From contig OZ316892.1 in assembly GCA_973895155.1 (NCBI GenBank), positions 14,004,861-14,068,860 of the forward strand: a stretch of DNA of 64,000 nucleotides, written 5' to 3'. This document shows positions 1-14,500 of this stretch, in pieces (the stretch's first letter is position 1; the number at the start of each line of letters is the position of its first letter). The DNA is from Marsupella aquatica (Eukaryota; Plantae; Marchantiophyta). The position numbers and the translations under genes are program-made. Under the pieces are notes generated by a model, which saw only the letters and a list, made by a program, of their open reading frames with translations, ran no database searches and was not told where the DNA came from.

Positions 1-1894
1 ACCACCATGTTGTTCAAAGAGTTCTAAAGTTTTCTGCACCAGTTCACCCACGCACGCTTTCTTTTGTTGAGCGTAGTCAATAGCATCTCCGACATTTTCG
101 ATGTTGTTCTTGAAAATGTTCATGATTGGCAAAAGTTGTCGATAGTATGGTACCAATGACTCTCCAACCATTTCTTCCGATTCGACCAATTTACACAGCA
201 GCTGCACATTTTGAATCATCAGGTTGTAAGCAATTCCCCTGTTTCACGAACTCGTGACATTTCTCAAGTGCTCTTAATTATGCTTGGCCTGTAACCCTGA
301 AGATGCAAACCAATGGTACTTAGTTCATATTTTCCTTTTTGCTTCTTACGCCCATACGAAACAGTCCTCCAGTCTGGAGAAATGGAAGTTTACTCATGAT
401 CCTATCCTTTTGACTTTACAGTGCACAGTAGGCTGCAAATTACTTCATGGCACCTGGCTTAAAGCTACAGAGTCCGATGTTTTAATATGCCATCTGGAAA
501 CTGTTAGTACAGTTTTGAGTAGTTGCCTGTAACGTTATGTTGATAACAGCAGGATCTCGAGTGTTGAGAGCCGTCTTTATGGGCACGATCAGTTGAGGTA
601 TAACTGGCAAAATCTTCCCCTCGCCAACCTGCCATTAACATTGAATGACCGTTCATGGTCTGGTCTAGAATCATAAGGGGAAGTTAAGTCGATCAATCGC
701 CGGGTAATAAGTGAATATGAGATACTCTCTGCCTGAGCCCATCCAGAATTAGCAAAGCACAGGTTTGCCATAATTTGCTGGCCAATACAGATTTTTCGAT
801 TTCGTCACAGGACGATGAACTCGCGGATCACGAGAATCGACCTGGAATTCTATCAGACAGTGCCGATGCTGATCTCGGTATCGTTATCACTTTTTCGTTC
901 GGTAATGTGTTTAGATTTCCTCCAAGTCGTCTGCTACTTTCGATTAATTTTCTAGAATATTTCACATAAATGAATTATTTTATGTCCATGCGTGCGAGTT
1001 AAAGTTGTGTTTTGCAACTCGTTGTCAATGCTGGCTATTGTTGCATCTTCAAGCTGACTGTAGACTCTTTGGTGCTTGCCATTGTTTCCTTGACAGGGCT
1101 AATTAGTCCTGCATGTATGGATAATTATACTGTATGCATCATAGAAGCTATTGAGAGGGCAAATATGATAGAGATCTGAAGGGGAAGGACAAGCCTTGAG
1201 GAGGTCTTCAACGCCTTTCACAGCAAGAAAGCGATAAGGCTCTTCTTTCTCGCGAATCCCATCGAAGAAGACGGGCAAATAGTAGTGATAGTCCAATTTG
1301 CTAACCTCCACCTTCCAGTTTATGGTGTTTTTGGAACCACTGTGCTCAATCGCCAATGGCAAGTCTCCCCTTTCGTAAAACTTCCTGAACTGTCAAACGA
1401 AAGCTTTTCTGAGATTGACCATGTGTCAAACCAAAGCTTTGTGTAGGGTCTCGCTGTCTTGCTCCCTTTGTTTCTCTACAGAATTAATTTGTTTTGAAAG
1501 CTGAGATCTCTCTCCTCAGATCGCTTTGTCAAATATCTCTCTGAACCACACCCGGAGAATATGGTCCAAGTTTTCACTTCCCTGTTAACCAACCAAATTA
1601 TCATCTACTGTAGACCTACTCTTTAGCCCGGCTTTTTAATTAGCCACTCTAAGTTGTTTATTGAGCAACCTTATAAGGTGAAAGTTGAAACGAGAATGTG
1701 GACCATCTCACAGGGTGTTTAACATTTCTGAGATTGGTCTTACTAGAGAGTTTGGGGGATTGTCGCGCTTCTGGAAAGCACCAGCAAGGGGAGGTTCTGC
1801 CTTCTGTACTGCACGATGAAGTTCTCCACTTTTTATCTTTGCACCATCTCCTTTCCGACTGAAGTCTTTGGGATACTTTCTAGCCACCTTATGC
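1..1894 (-). CDS. PACRG: Parkin co-regulated gene protein (axonemal inner-junction protein), multi-exon; 3' end runs off window, 5' end uncertain
   Basis: Exons 1894-1744, 1389-1195, 628-527, 201-1 splice in frame to PPNSL|[16 protein letters not shown]...[25 protein letters not shown]...EDLLK|[25 protein letters not shown]...TLQ|LLCKLVES...[17 protein letters not shown]...IDYAQQK...LELFEQHGG, the diagnostic PACRG motifs. Further small upstream exons (~2160-2800) are possible but unresolved. Confidence 0.93.
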
Positions 1895-4800
1895 CTGAAA
1901 TTCATGAATGAAAGCAATCGGTCGGAGTCTTAGACTTTGCAGTTTTAACATTTATTGCTCAAAATCTACAGTAGGGCTCATAAGTTTAGGGATTCAGTTG
2001 AGCCGCCAATAACTTAGACCGTGCACTGATTATGGTCCTTCACTGGTGAATTTATAACTAAGATAGGTGACTGATCGATGCGTACATTTACGAAGGAAAC
2101 AAACAACCATCCAGACCAAACTTGCATGAAATTTTATGAGACATGTAGATGACTGGGGTTGACCTGAATTCGCAATTTGGGGACCAGTAAGGAAGCTCCT
2201 TATTCTCCAATTTAATACGGACATGTGCTCCTGCCCTCCTACCAGGCTGGATAACAGAAAATTTCTTTGACCGTCATTGCTTCATAACAACAGAATTGAA
2301 CATGCTTTCAGTACATTCAACAAATACTATCCAACTCCGATCTCTACTGAATGAGAAACCATATGAAACAACGACTCAATATTTCGTACTCCTTCTCCAC
2401 AACGTGGGGTTGGGCGTCATTCTCCCTCAAATTCACGCTACGTTGTTTCACAATGAGTAGATCTTTAGTACCAGGGCAGAATAATAAGGTAACTGAACCT
2501 TTGTCTTGGCTCCAGTCCGACCTATTTGCTAGCGAGAAAAAAATGGACCACGATAATGATGATTTCTGCTAAAGCTTGATTGTTCAATGTCACCACGTGA
2601 AATCGATCTACTGCATCTCCATGTGTCGTTTGTAGTAGGTATACTTCTCAACACTGGACCTTATGGGATCCAAATGAAGCACATGAAGAAGAACTGAAGG
2701 AAACTTACAGCGACTGGAGCAGTTTGGTCAAAGCATGAAAGGGATTGTGGTGTCTTCTTCAAGCCGGGCTTCCCCTTGATCTTCACGTTGCAGTACTCAA
2801 ATGTAAACAATTGCCCAGCAATATCATTTTGAGCCATATTATTGTTGCCACTTTCATCAATCGGTCAATTTCCTGTCTTTTGAAGCAGCCTTTCTCGCTA
2901 GGATTGTTCCATGCCTTGGGGACTTGTTGACGTCAAGAGCCCTGATCTTGAGTAGAAACCCAAAACATAGCCTTAGTGCAATGGTTGTGCTCTTCGTTGA
3001 GGTGAACAACAATTGTACAACATTTGGTGCAAATTCGTGGTGTGAATGGATCGTACAATTAGACAACTTCCACTGACTCCCATGATGGATGGTTGTGGAT
3101 TGCTGTGTCATCAGTCTGTTGGTCATTGCTGTGCACTCTGTAGCAACCTCAACAGATAGTGCTCTCTCCTTACGACCAATGTTGGGGAAGGTAGTAAGTA
3201 GCTGTTAGAGTAACACTTGTATCCATTGATGATCGAGGGACATACAGTGAAGTCCTACTATCATAATTTCAAGTTGTCATGTCCTCAGCGTCTCTGCGTG
3301 TTTTGAATTTATAGGACATTGTAGCTTAGTTTTCTTGACTGGCTAGTTTAACATCATGCATTTGCTCTATGAGTTGCTGCATTTCTTGGATGACTGGCAT
3401 ATCAATCATTGAAAATAGTATCGAATCGTACCCTTGTTGTTGAATCATGAGGCCCACGTAGGGTGCCCACTCAATTAATACTGAGCTTTTTTGGAAATGT
3501 CAAGACGTCTAAGTATTGGATCATCTCCCATTCAAAAGAAGTTAAACTACCCATTCATCCTGATTATTCACATTTTTGGGATGATCCTAGTGAGCCCATT
3601 TCTTGGTTCATTCATTTATTGTCGAGAAGTTACCAGAAGATGCGAGACCGATGATGAGATAATAGATGACTTATGAAGCCTCTTCACAACAACTATAGCA
3701 CCTCCATCTTCTGTGAGAGCCCTAAATGTATGAATTCTCTCTCCTATCAATACATGTTTTTTTTCTGCCATTGGAGTTTATTTAATTAAGGTCATCTGTT
3801 GAGAGAGAGACATGTTAGGAGACTTGAAACACTCTCGTCTGTATAAGGTCCCCGTGCATCCTAGCCCATAAGATGAAAGTATAGGAATTGAGGACGAACC
3901 TTCTGTGGCGCATGTTCAATAAATTATGATATGATTCAGTTGTCTCCGTTCTGGCCTACGGGTAAGGAGATCGATGAAATTGAATCTGAAAATTGAAGGT
4001 AGTTTCCATTGATTGAGGCGTGGCCTGAGCTAAGTAGCAATGCTGATTCGGATACTTTGTCGAAATTCCCTAGCCTCAGCTCGTTTGAGTCATTCGTCGA
4101 ACAAAACACTTCATCAGCAAAGGTCATGATTTCAATAAACAAACTTGTTCTCTAAACTGAGTGGAATCAATGATTTAGTTGAAAGCAATTTTCTGCTCAG
4201 TTCATTTGTGTTCAGTTGAATGAATCAAATCTCGTGGCGTAGATAACGATACATTAGGGTTATGTCTGTTGAATCAGTTGGCCGATGAAAAGTCATTTGC
4301 AAAAATAGGAAAGAAAGACAGCCACGTCTGAATCTTCCAGGTGACGATGTTCACACTTGCAGGCTCATTGAGTTGCCTCAGTGCCCTCGAAGAACCCAGG
4401 ATCAATTTGTATATCCAACGAGGTGAGGAATCATGTTGTTGTCCTCTATACACCGCAAGAAATTGCGTTCTTCTCTTTCTTCTTTGAAGAAGCAGAAAGC
4501 AATCAAACCCACTAGTTACATGACACACAAATTTCCAAAGTTGTCAATTCTTTATGAGTACAATGCGGTATCAAGAAGGTCTGATAGTACATAGTCACGC
4601 CAGGGCATTGTGGGCTATGAACGAGGGCCTTAGCACAAGTTTTGAGGGGCTTTTATTCTCAGAATACCCTGGTAACAACAAGGAGTTAGTACACTTGTTA
4701 TTAGATTTTCATTCTCACTATTTTATTTTTACTTCCTTTCTTCACAATTGAAGACAGACCCACATTTCATGCAAGTTGAGATTCCTTTTTCTTTTACCAA

Positions 4801-7800
4801 GAGACGATTACAGTACAAATCTCATATTGCCCTAACTTGCAGTCATTGTGATGGAAATTCTCTTTCATTAAGTGCAGAAATGTAGAAAGAAAAAAATTTT
4901 AAGAGAAAAAGTTTTTTTTGTCAATCTTTAAGAGAATTTTGACACATCTTTAGTTCAATTTAATAGAAATTTTTTATTAAAGGGACTCGACCTGCTCAAA
5001 AATCTATTAGAGACCCAAACATTGCAAAGAGGCAGCCATGCATTATAATCATTCAATCATGCAGTCTCCCCAAAAGACTAGGAAATCCACTGATTTCTGT
5101 TAGTGGTAACCAGGAACCCAAGCTAGACAATTGCTTCCTGTCAGGAAAAAAATTGGTTAATATCTCTATGCTAGTACAGTATTTGTTTTTAGCAAATTAA
5201 TGGCAAAATCTAGATTGAGTTAAACAAGGTAAACCCAGGAGATATAGTCTGTATTATTTTTGAGTCCTGAGTTTTTCCTAATTATCATGTTTTGTACAAT
5301 CATCTATTATTCATAGTGAACTGTTTACTTTGAGATCTTGGTTTAGCTTTTCAAATCTCATTGAACATCAACTTCTTAAAAGAGCCATGCACAAGAGATA
5401 TGGAGAATATAGTACTTACTGTGAATAGTAATTCTGAAAAACTCTTGGAAACTACCATTAACTAATAGTATCTAGCTTCCCCATGTTCATTATCAAAGGG
5501 AATCTTAACCTAGTAAGTAATTTTAGAATAGTCTAGACTAGGGTGCACCAAAGTTCAGTAGATCAACTGTTTAACTTTGAGATAATGTTAACATCCTAGT
5601 ACTATTCTCTATGGACACAACAAAGTGAAAACTTTAATAATCCATAGGAGGAAAAAACATTAAATATTAAAAGTCTATAAGAGAAGATTTGTGACTTAGA
5701 TGAAAATTTTCCGCAGGATGCACGTACATAGAGAACAAATTAATTAAGGATGATGCATGGCAAAGCAAATTTTGAAGTGGACAAAACAAAAGACAGTATT
5801 CTATGATGCATTCAATAGAATTCAACGGGACCATCTCAACCAGGGGTTACTTTGAAAGCCTTTTTGAAATGACAGGTGTGGACTATGTTAATTTGGGATT
5901 ATGTTTTGGAAGACAAGAGTACTTTGGGAACAACTAAAAACTTCAAGTAAGCTTTCAGCATTTTGACATCACATTGAAAAATGTGGATTTATGCAATAAA
6001 ATTAACCTAGGATTGTTATGATTCCCAATGGTGGACCTTGCCACCTAGGACCCTCACCAACCCTAGTACTCTTGCCTAAGTATACTTGGTGCCCAAACGC
6101 CTACACGGAAGTCTTTGAGTGCTCAAACAACTAGGTGCCTTTATCACCCCCAACAACAACTCCATACAAAGCCGCACTTGCTCCCTAACATGACCATTGC
6201 TCAACGGTTCTCACTATCTACACAAGCAACCAAACTCATCAATTTGGTAAGTAACCCATCATGATCTAGGATCCCAAAAACCTTTGTCTTGCCTCAAGCT
6301 CAACAATTGTTAGTAAATAGGTTAGCGAATAGAACCTCGGTCCCGGATTTGTGTGGGCTTGCCAAAAGCCGACACCCATTGTTTGTTTAGAAGAACACCT
6401 CTACTGGGTGCCACCCAAGCTTCTCCACTTTCTATCCGTCACTAGATGACTGCCCTACCTCCAGGACATGCCCATGGCCCAAATAGCTAGCTTAATTGTC
6501 CCGGAGCTTGTCCCAAAGACAGGGACCAGTTTGGCCCTAACTCTAGTAATCATCTCTAAGGCTCCCACTCAACTAAGAGTCTAGGGGCCAGTGCACTTGG
6601 AACTTAACATCCATGCTTACTCTGCATTGGCTCCCCAATAATTTCCCGTGAGAAATTGAACGCGACTTGGTTGCCATTTTGGCAGGATTTGGCAAGTGGG
6701 CGAGATAGCCTCCACAAACGAGTACCAAAAGCATCCCAAGACCCCGCTAAGCTTAGGAGGATGTAATACTCCTTGAGAGCTTTTCCAAGAAGTCCTCCAA
6801 CGGACTTCCCATTAAGGAGTTATTGTTATTTTTGTTTGACGTTTCTCTTTAATTAGTGTTGCAACTGTCACGCTTTACGACCTGGGTTTGCCCTTGGCCC
6901 CCACGGAGACACCACTCCCCTCATATATGCTTCTGGAAACTTGTCACCCCCAGACCAACTTTGGTCCCCTATATTTGGCTCTCAACCTGCAGGGTTCCAA
7001 CCCGATCGCATGGACATGCAACTAACTTGTTATGCCCATAACTTTCTAAGTAGTTGAACGTCCATAAATGAAGTGCCTTAGCCCGCTGTGATTGGGCCGA
7101 CATGGTAATAATGCCCAGGCCCTCAGAACCTGTCATCAGTTGGGGGTCTCAGATGGCTACCCCTGCGTCGCGACATCACTCCAACGCCAAACGTCCATTG
7201 CGCATGAAGTAAAGTTCTTTGGCCTTGGGCTCAACTAAGAGGAGCTCTCACTCAAGCCCTCAGAAATCAAAGTCCGTTTGGGGGTCCGGACTGTCCACCC
7301 TGAGCTCGCTCTTTTCATGAGCCAACCAAGCCATCCAATGTCAGTCTAAGTCCTTTGTTTGTGCCACTAGCTTAGTGTTTTGGCTTTGCTAGTGCAACGT
7401 TTTATTGCCCACAAGTCTCCCCATACTTAGTCCCCATCGGAGGACTATTTTGGAGACCTGGACCATAGAGGAGCTCAACGTCAAAGTCAGTGACGCCAGA
7501 GCTAAGTGGTAGGGTAGTCGAGTTCCACAACTTTCCCCAACTCAACCCAAATCAACAAAAAAATGGCATCATGAGCAATGAGTCACATCAACTTGCACCC
7601 ACCCCTAGAACAAAAATTACACATCTTCCACCCTCCAATAGCATGCAAGGTTTGAGACATTTTGGAGTTCAAAATTAAGTGTTTATTTAGAGACCAAAAG
7701 TGAACATTTAGAGGCTTAAAAGTGAACAAAATAAAAATGCACTTTTAGTGAATATAGTGATTTATTTACAGGTCAATATAAGTCAAAATTGTGAAGATTG

Positions 7801-8435
7801 ATATCCTAGCAGATTTTGATGGTTGAGTCAGTCCATTACAACTTTTGATGGTCCATCCAGGCTTTACTTTCATGATTCACCAGTTCAATTTACTTAAAAA
7901 CAAATTCCTGTGTCTAGTAAAGCACTGCCAATTTTAGCAAAAAGTGACTTTGATGTAAGTTAAGAACAAGTGTTTTTTTCAATTCTTTGATAGCCTCAAT
8001 CTTGGCGATTTAGTGAGATCCCAAGTATGATCGGACACAGAAGTAAAATAATCAGTAAATTTACCAGGATTCCTAATTGAATTGGATATTCATAACTAAT
8101 AGTAAAAAAATAAGTTACTTGTCATGAGTGAACGTCATGACTACCCTCATCAAGAAAAATGCTTGAAACAAATGAGGTGTATAACATCTGGTGTACGGTA
8201 TGCAATGAGTTTTGAAATTTCTTTGATGGCAGCATACATGATTGTGGCCAAAGTCTACAGAGTCATACAATAGCTCAAGTGTAGCATTTAAGTTACTAGC
8301 TCCGACTACCCGTTCTTTAAACGTCAATAGCGATGAGGACCAAAAAATGCTTGAGACAAAATAGATTTGAGAAAATAATAAGAATAGTGTATCAAAAGAA
8401 TTGATCATCAGATTGAGCTTCGACTTCCCTTGCAT

Positions 8436-8716
8436 TCATGTGCAGCCCCCTGCTTTTCCATGTGCCATCGCACGATCCACTTGCATTCCCACGCAGGACC
8501 CTGCTTTTCCATGTGCCATCATGATCGGCTTGCATTCTTGACTTGCATTCTCACGCAGATCCCCTTGCGTTCCTGAGTGCCGCCGCGCCGCTACTTCTAA
8601 ACCCTGGCTACTATTACCCGCTCCCATTCTCCCCCATTCTTGCGTTCCTGCGTGCCGCCGCGCCGCTACTTCTAAACCCTGGCTTCTATTACCCGCTCCC
8701 ATTCTCCCCCATTCTC
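8436..8716. repeat. GC-rich local tandem duplications (75-bp unit x2 at 8565/8640, plus a repeated CCTGCTTTTCCATGTGCCATC)
   Basis: Direct repeats read from the sequence; probably part of a degenerate repeat element. Confidence 0.8.
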
Positions 8717-9979
8717 CACAGAGTATAGTGGCTCACCCTTATGTTGCACACCCCCAATTTTCTTACGCCCCCAGAGTTACGGGCTAGAGGCTTCACTCTA
8801 GACCCTAGGTAAGAACAGTAGACTTCAGTTCGCGATTTACTAGTAAGATGTTTGGACAGGGAAAGAACAAAGATACAAAATTTAAATATCAAGGCATGAT
8901 ACAATTTAAAATGTGCATCCTGAACAGCATCATGTGGGTTGAAGATGATAACACACATTTCAAGCTAACATTGCCTGGTTCCCTCGAACTCATTGTCCAT
9001 GTAGCTGATCGAGTGTTGTGCCCGGTGTTGTGAATGTACAATCATGTTCTCTTCAGCATACTAGAAGTGTGAGGAAGGCCAGGCTGGAGCTTGAATCAGA
9101 CATTCAGTGAGATGACTGATAGACCCGCTTTGAGAATTTGTACCACCCGGCGCGGGGCCGGGTACCACCAGCCACTGGTTACATTAATGTTGTTTGAGTT
9201 TATTTTTAGACCAGCTTTACAGTGTCCTCACCGATGTACTAGGGATGCAAGTAGTCAGGCTGGATGCAATGCCTTGAATGTTTGAGGGCAACATGCATGG
9301 CTAGTCAAAGAAGTGACATGTACGCAAAATGTTACTACTGTCTATGGATCATGTGCAATGCACTGTAAGTTAGAGACCCAACTTTTAATGAGGCACCTAA
9401 GTAAACCCCCTAGCACCGGGCCTAGCACTCAACAGTATTTACCAGAGTAGAGAGGATGGGATTGCTGCCCCGATCTACAGGATCAGTTTTGGGTCCACCT
9501 AGGAGGATGTCTACAATCCACAGACTCCTAGCGGGAGATTCCTTGGCCTGGTGATCTTGGGTTCATTTTGCCGGGTTACGGTCCCCAGTGTTGAGGCACT
9601 TCGTTGACAATCATGTACTCTGGCACTTGGGGTCAGTCTCTCTCTATGCTCACTGGTCTTTGTTGTGGCAGCTGTTGAAACACATTGGGCGCACTGTTGC
9701 TTTTGGGTGGAAAAAGCACAATTTGAAATTAATTTGAAGCTTTTCCATTTCAAGCTGGAGATTCCAATCCTAAGAAATCAATGAGAAAGATTTGAAGAAT
9801 TTTGAGAAGACTTCAATGTAGACTGGACTTTGATTCGTAATGTTTTAATTAGATGTTATTCAAATACAAATCCCTCCAACTAGGACTTTACAAAGCTAGT
9901 AAACTATCAGCACTGCAATTCACCAAATTGTGAAACTGAAACTCGTTGAATGAATGTACATCTGGGTCTTCCTACCAAA

Positions 9980-10009
9980 CACAAGGAGGATATGCATGGT
10001 CGAGGAGTT
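9980..10009 (+). repeat. Left TIR of the CACTA-type element
   Basis: CACAAGGAGGATATGCATGGTCGAGGAGTT, preceded by AAA. Confidence 0.85.
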
Positions 10010-10329
10010 GGGGATTTCCCCACCTGACTTGGTGAATCAGGGTACCATAACAAAGAAGTGGGGATTCCGGACATCTTAGGGAATTTGGTTGAAAATACCC
10101 ATGCTTTCCCATACATAACGAGGGATTTGATACTTCTAGCAGTTCGACGTTTTCCTGGGGTAATTTGCCTATGTGTCCCACAGGCATGACATTTGGGGCA
10201 TTTCCTGTAATATACCCAACTACAGAAGGGTTTAGCGCCTCCGCATTTCCCCACATTTGCGTGTTTATTTGTATAAGCCGGAGGCAGTTGGCATAATCCA
10301 GGTCCTTGGATGGTCGCGCTCTCCGCAAC

Positions 10330-11165
10330 ATCTGTGTGCATATTACCCGCATACCGTGGGGTATCGCTGGGGTATTTGGGATGTTAGCGTCCAATTGCCG
10401 CTCTCCAAGTGGCTTCGCTGAGGTGTGCAGGATGATATTCATCTCCACCATCCAATTTTGCTGTGGTAAAGTGGGGATTCCGTGTGCATATTACCCGCAT
10501 ACCGTGGGGTATCTCTGGGGTATTTGGGTTGTCAGCGTCCAATTGCCGCTCTCCAAGTGGCTTCGCTGGCAGCCCTGGAGGTGCGTAGGATGATATGCAT
10601 CTCCACCGTCCAATTTTGCTGTGGCTAAGTGGGGATTCCGTGTGCATATTACCCGCATACATTAGTGTATCTCTGGGGTATTTGGGTTGTCAGCATCCAA
10701 TGGCCGCTCTCCAGGTGGCCTCACTGGCAGCCCTGGCGGTGTGCAGGATGATATGCATCTCCACCATCCAAATTTCCTGTTGTAAAGTGGGGGTTCTATG
10801 TGCATATTACCCGCATACCCTGGGGTATCGTTGGGGTATTTTGTATGCCACTTCCAATTGCCACTCTCCAGGTGGCTTTGCTAACAGCCCTGAAGGTTTG
10901 CAGGATGATATGCATCTTCACCGTCCAGATTTCCTATGTCGAAGCGGGGATTATTTGTGCATTTTACCTGCATACCGTGGGGTATTTGTAGGGTATTTTT
11001 GATTCCAGGCTTCTTGCTGCGTCAAATTGCATCCGCATCGTCAAATTCCAGGATAATGTGCATCCGCATTGTCCAAATTGCCTACGATGAAGTGGGGATT
11101 CACGATGTAACGCCTATGTATTGTGGGGTATTGGGGGATCCTCACGTATTACCAATGGGGTATTA
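10330..11165 (+). repeat. Subterminal tandem array, ~158-bp unit x ~5.5
   Basis: TGTGCATATTACCCGCATA anchor (last copy degenerate) recurs at 10335, 10483, 10641, 10799 and 10956 (periods 148, 158, 158, 157). Units typically carry paired GGGGTAT motifs; copies decay to the right. Confidence 0.9.
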
Positions 11166-11554
11166 AAAATGTCTGGCGTCCCCAGATGAATTGCATCAAA
11201 AACCATCCAGTCATATTGCCAATGAATACCATGAAATGTCGATGGGTATCGTGAATGTAAGGTTCTTTATTGGGCCCAGCTTACGCAAATCAAATTTCTA
11301 ATATGGTTTTGAATCATTTCCTCATAGCGTTGTAAATAAGATCACAGTGAGTTAAGTAGCATTCATTTGTACATTAGAAACTAAGTACGTTAGCAACTCC
11401 CATCTCTCTCTCTCTATATATATGTATATATATATGTGAAACACGAAGCAAGTAGTGGTGGCCCTTGGTCAATATATAATGCAATCATATTCATAACCTG
11501 TCTAGCTTGTGCCGTTCATAGAGCGATGCAGGTATGCTATCTATGTAGTGAGTA

Positions 11555-14500
11555 CTATACCTCTTCCCCGGCTTTCTTCATAGCATTTTCAGGGAAGATC
11601 CTTTGTTGGCCATCGGCATTTAAAGCCGGAAGATGTGTAACGATCACTACATTCTGCTCTACAATCCACCTGGCCACCATGTCCAATAACTCTGATGCAT
11701 TCTTCTGAGCGTGTTTGGTGAATGGCTTGGGGGTAGTCTTTGACCGCTTGTTCGTATCTGCTACAAATGTGCGCAATTTGGCCTCCACTTTGCAGGTCTT
11801 CATCAAACCCATGGCTCTCATGCACAATACTAGTTTGGCGTCTTTGGTGAGCTTTTCAAAATTCTGCAAAAGTTACAGTCTTTGGTGAGCTTTAAAATAT
11901 GGTAGTACACCAATGACAAGCTATAAATGATTATTTACAGAATCGTGCAAAACTTCTCAGTATATGCTTACTATATTGGAGTCTCCAGAAGCCTGGGACT
12001 TGTTACTTCTCGTCGACCGGGTTCCTTGAGCACACAAAACTTCTTCCTGGGTTGCCTGTACATATATAATGACCACATAATGAGACAACAAGAGTACGTT
12101 CCACACATACAATTTCTGTCTACACATTGTACACAATGATCGCTACAACCTAATAAAGACTGCTAGCTTACAATGGATGGAAATAAGAAATCATACCATG
12201 TTTTTGCCGGTCAACAACCGTTCCCTTGCATCCTCTTGTACCTTTGTTGAAATAGCTCTAATGAAGGTATGTTTTCTTTGCCTGGGTTCGGACCCTTGCC
12301 TCTTCGTGCTCTACTCAATGGTTGATTTAGGTCCCGAATGCTTGCAAGGACTCCACCTTGTTCCTTCTCAGTCTTAACCTGCCATGCATATGTGGATGTG
12401 CAAATCATTGTATATATTGGTGAACCTAGGCTCAAAGTAGAATGAATTGCAAAGTCATATACATCACTTACAATAGAACTTTTAGGCCATTATAATAATT
12501 GCAATATACAAAACTTATACATACAATGATATATGATATATACCTTGGACAATAGCGAGTTGTTTCCCCCTGCAGGACTGCTCTCAATCTTTTGTCTTTT
12601 TACCTGAAAAATAAGTATAAAGCAAACTCGGTGTCTTAATTTTAATTACGTACGTATGATATATAAGAACGCAACTAGCATGACAAAATACTCGTACCTC
12701 CGGTTCCGGTTGATCGTTAGGCCTTATATTAGTGTCTTCATCATCCTCGTCAGATTCAATGTAAAGTTGGGTGGATGTAGTGAAGCAATCAACTTGCAAG
12801 TTGATAGTTGATGTTGACGATGTTTTCTCCTGGCTGCATGTAGTGGTATCCAGTACTTCAGTATCCTCGCTTGGCTCTCCATCGCTGGACCTGACCGCAT
12901 CATCTGCTTTGCTTTCCTCTCTATGCTCTACTTCCGCCCCTTCCTCTGCATCTTCTTCATGGCCAGCTAATGCCAGCACTCGCTTCTTCGGTTTTGAAAG
13001 AGGGTTTTCCTCAACGTCAGGCATCTCCGGTAACCCCGCTCCATTGGAGGCCTTTCCTGAGACAGCAGAACCCTCAGGAGAGGGACCTATCTCTGGTAAC
13101 CCCGCTCTCTTGGAGGTCTTTCCTGAGACAGCAGAACCCTGAGGAGAGGGACCTGAATACGATTGGCATACTTTATGAGCCAGATTGGGACTCATGGAAC
13201 AATATGCTCTCGGAACAAAAATGGACATGTCCTGCAATATGTACATGCACATCAATAGTGATGGTGCATGAGTGCCAGGGAATCTTGCAATATAAATATA
13301 TTGTAGAAAACCACATTCATTCAACATCTCTACCTCTCGATACATATCGACTGGGCAACATGAAAAAACCTGCAGAACCCGGAGAAGCAGATTCATTCCG
13401 ATGCAATGAACCTAGGGTTGGTAAATGCATATATATATTTATATATGTATATGGCACCATACTTACTGGTTTTAAGTGCCCAAACTGTACCATCTGCAGA
13501 CCCTTTGAAGGTGTCATTAATGGCACCCAGTAAGGCGCCAACAATGATGGATTACCATCAGACAAGGCCTTCATGAACTTAATCTTCCACCATCTCACTT
13601 TCTTAATAACATGGACGCTCTCTGGTATTCCATGACCAACGACCTCTCCACTGTACTGCCCCCTATACCTTACAGACTTATCGGCGTCTCTCATTTGCAG
13701 TTCTACCAAGGTCACCTTGAATGCATACGCACGAAGTTCCACAAAAATCTCTGGGTATGATTGTCCATGTCCAATAGCAATCGCTTCATCTGCATCTGGT
13801 TCTACCTTCATATCTGCAAAATCAGTCGGCTGTAGGGATGGCACCTGCAATGAAATTCAGTGCAAGTACTTCAGGTTAATTCCAGGGTATTTCCAAGTTA
13901 TTTCCAAGTTGCGAAAGATAGAACACAGTTCCTTGCCAAAATCAATGGCACTGCGCTAACTAATGAATGGGAATCTGTCAGTACGTACCTTCCTTGATTT
14001 TTGCATTTGCTTTCCTCCATTCATGCTTTCTGTTCTTGACAACCTCAAACAGGAAGCTTTCTGGCCAAGGCATCTCATGTTTAGATCCGGTTTCTGGACA
14101 CTCAAATTTGAGAGGTGAAAGTTCGTGCATTCTACTCTGAACATACAATCGACAATTCTCTTTTGTCTTTGTGTTAGACTTGAAATCTGCACTGAGGTAT
14201 TCGTATATCTCCTTGTCGGCGGTGAAATTTGCAAACCAATTCCTCACCGTTCAATAATTTGCCTTGTGAGCTTGGTGCGCTTCTACATGCTTAGAAGCCA
14301 GAATGGACCGTCCTCCAGATTTGTTGGTCACATTGAAGATGTCCTCTGCCGAAGGATAGAACTGTGCACAGCAGCGTCGAAACACACATCAGCGTGTATT
14401 CAATCAAACAAAGAAACTACCATTGTGCACTGCATTAGATGCCTTCGCGTGATTATCAGAAGAGGTCCTTGCCGTGGTTGCAATGGATTTCAATAGGCTA

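Noticed and set aside
5900-7700. Degenerate coding-like stretch, possibly an old TE
   Set aside because: All frames I read were broken and no recognisable domain motif or termini were found.
10330-11165. CRISPR-like array or repeat-protein ORFs (9907-11166)
   Set aside because: Units are contiguous degenerate ~158-bp tandem repeats with no unique spacers; the ORFs occur on both strands and are by-products of the repeat.
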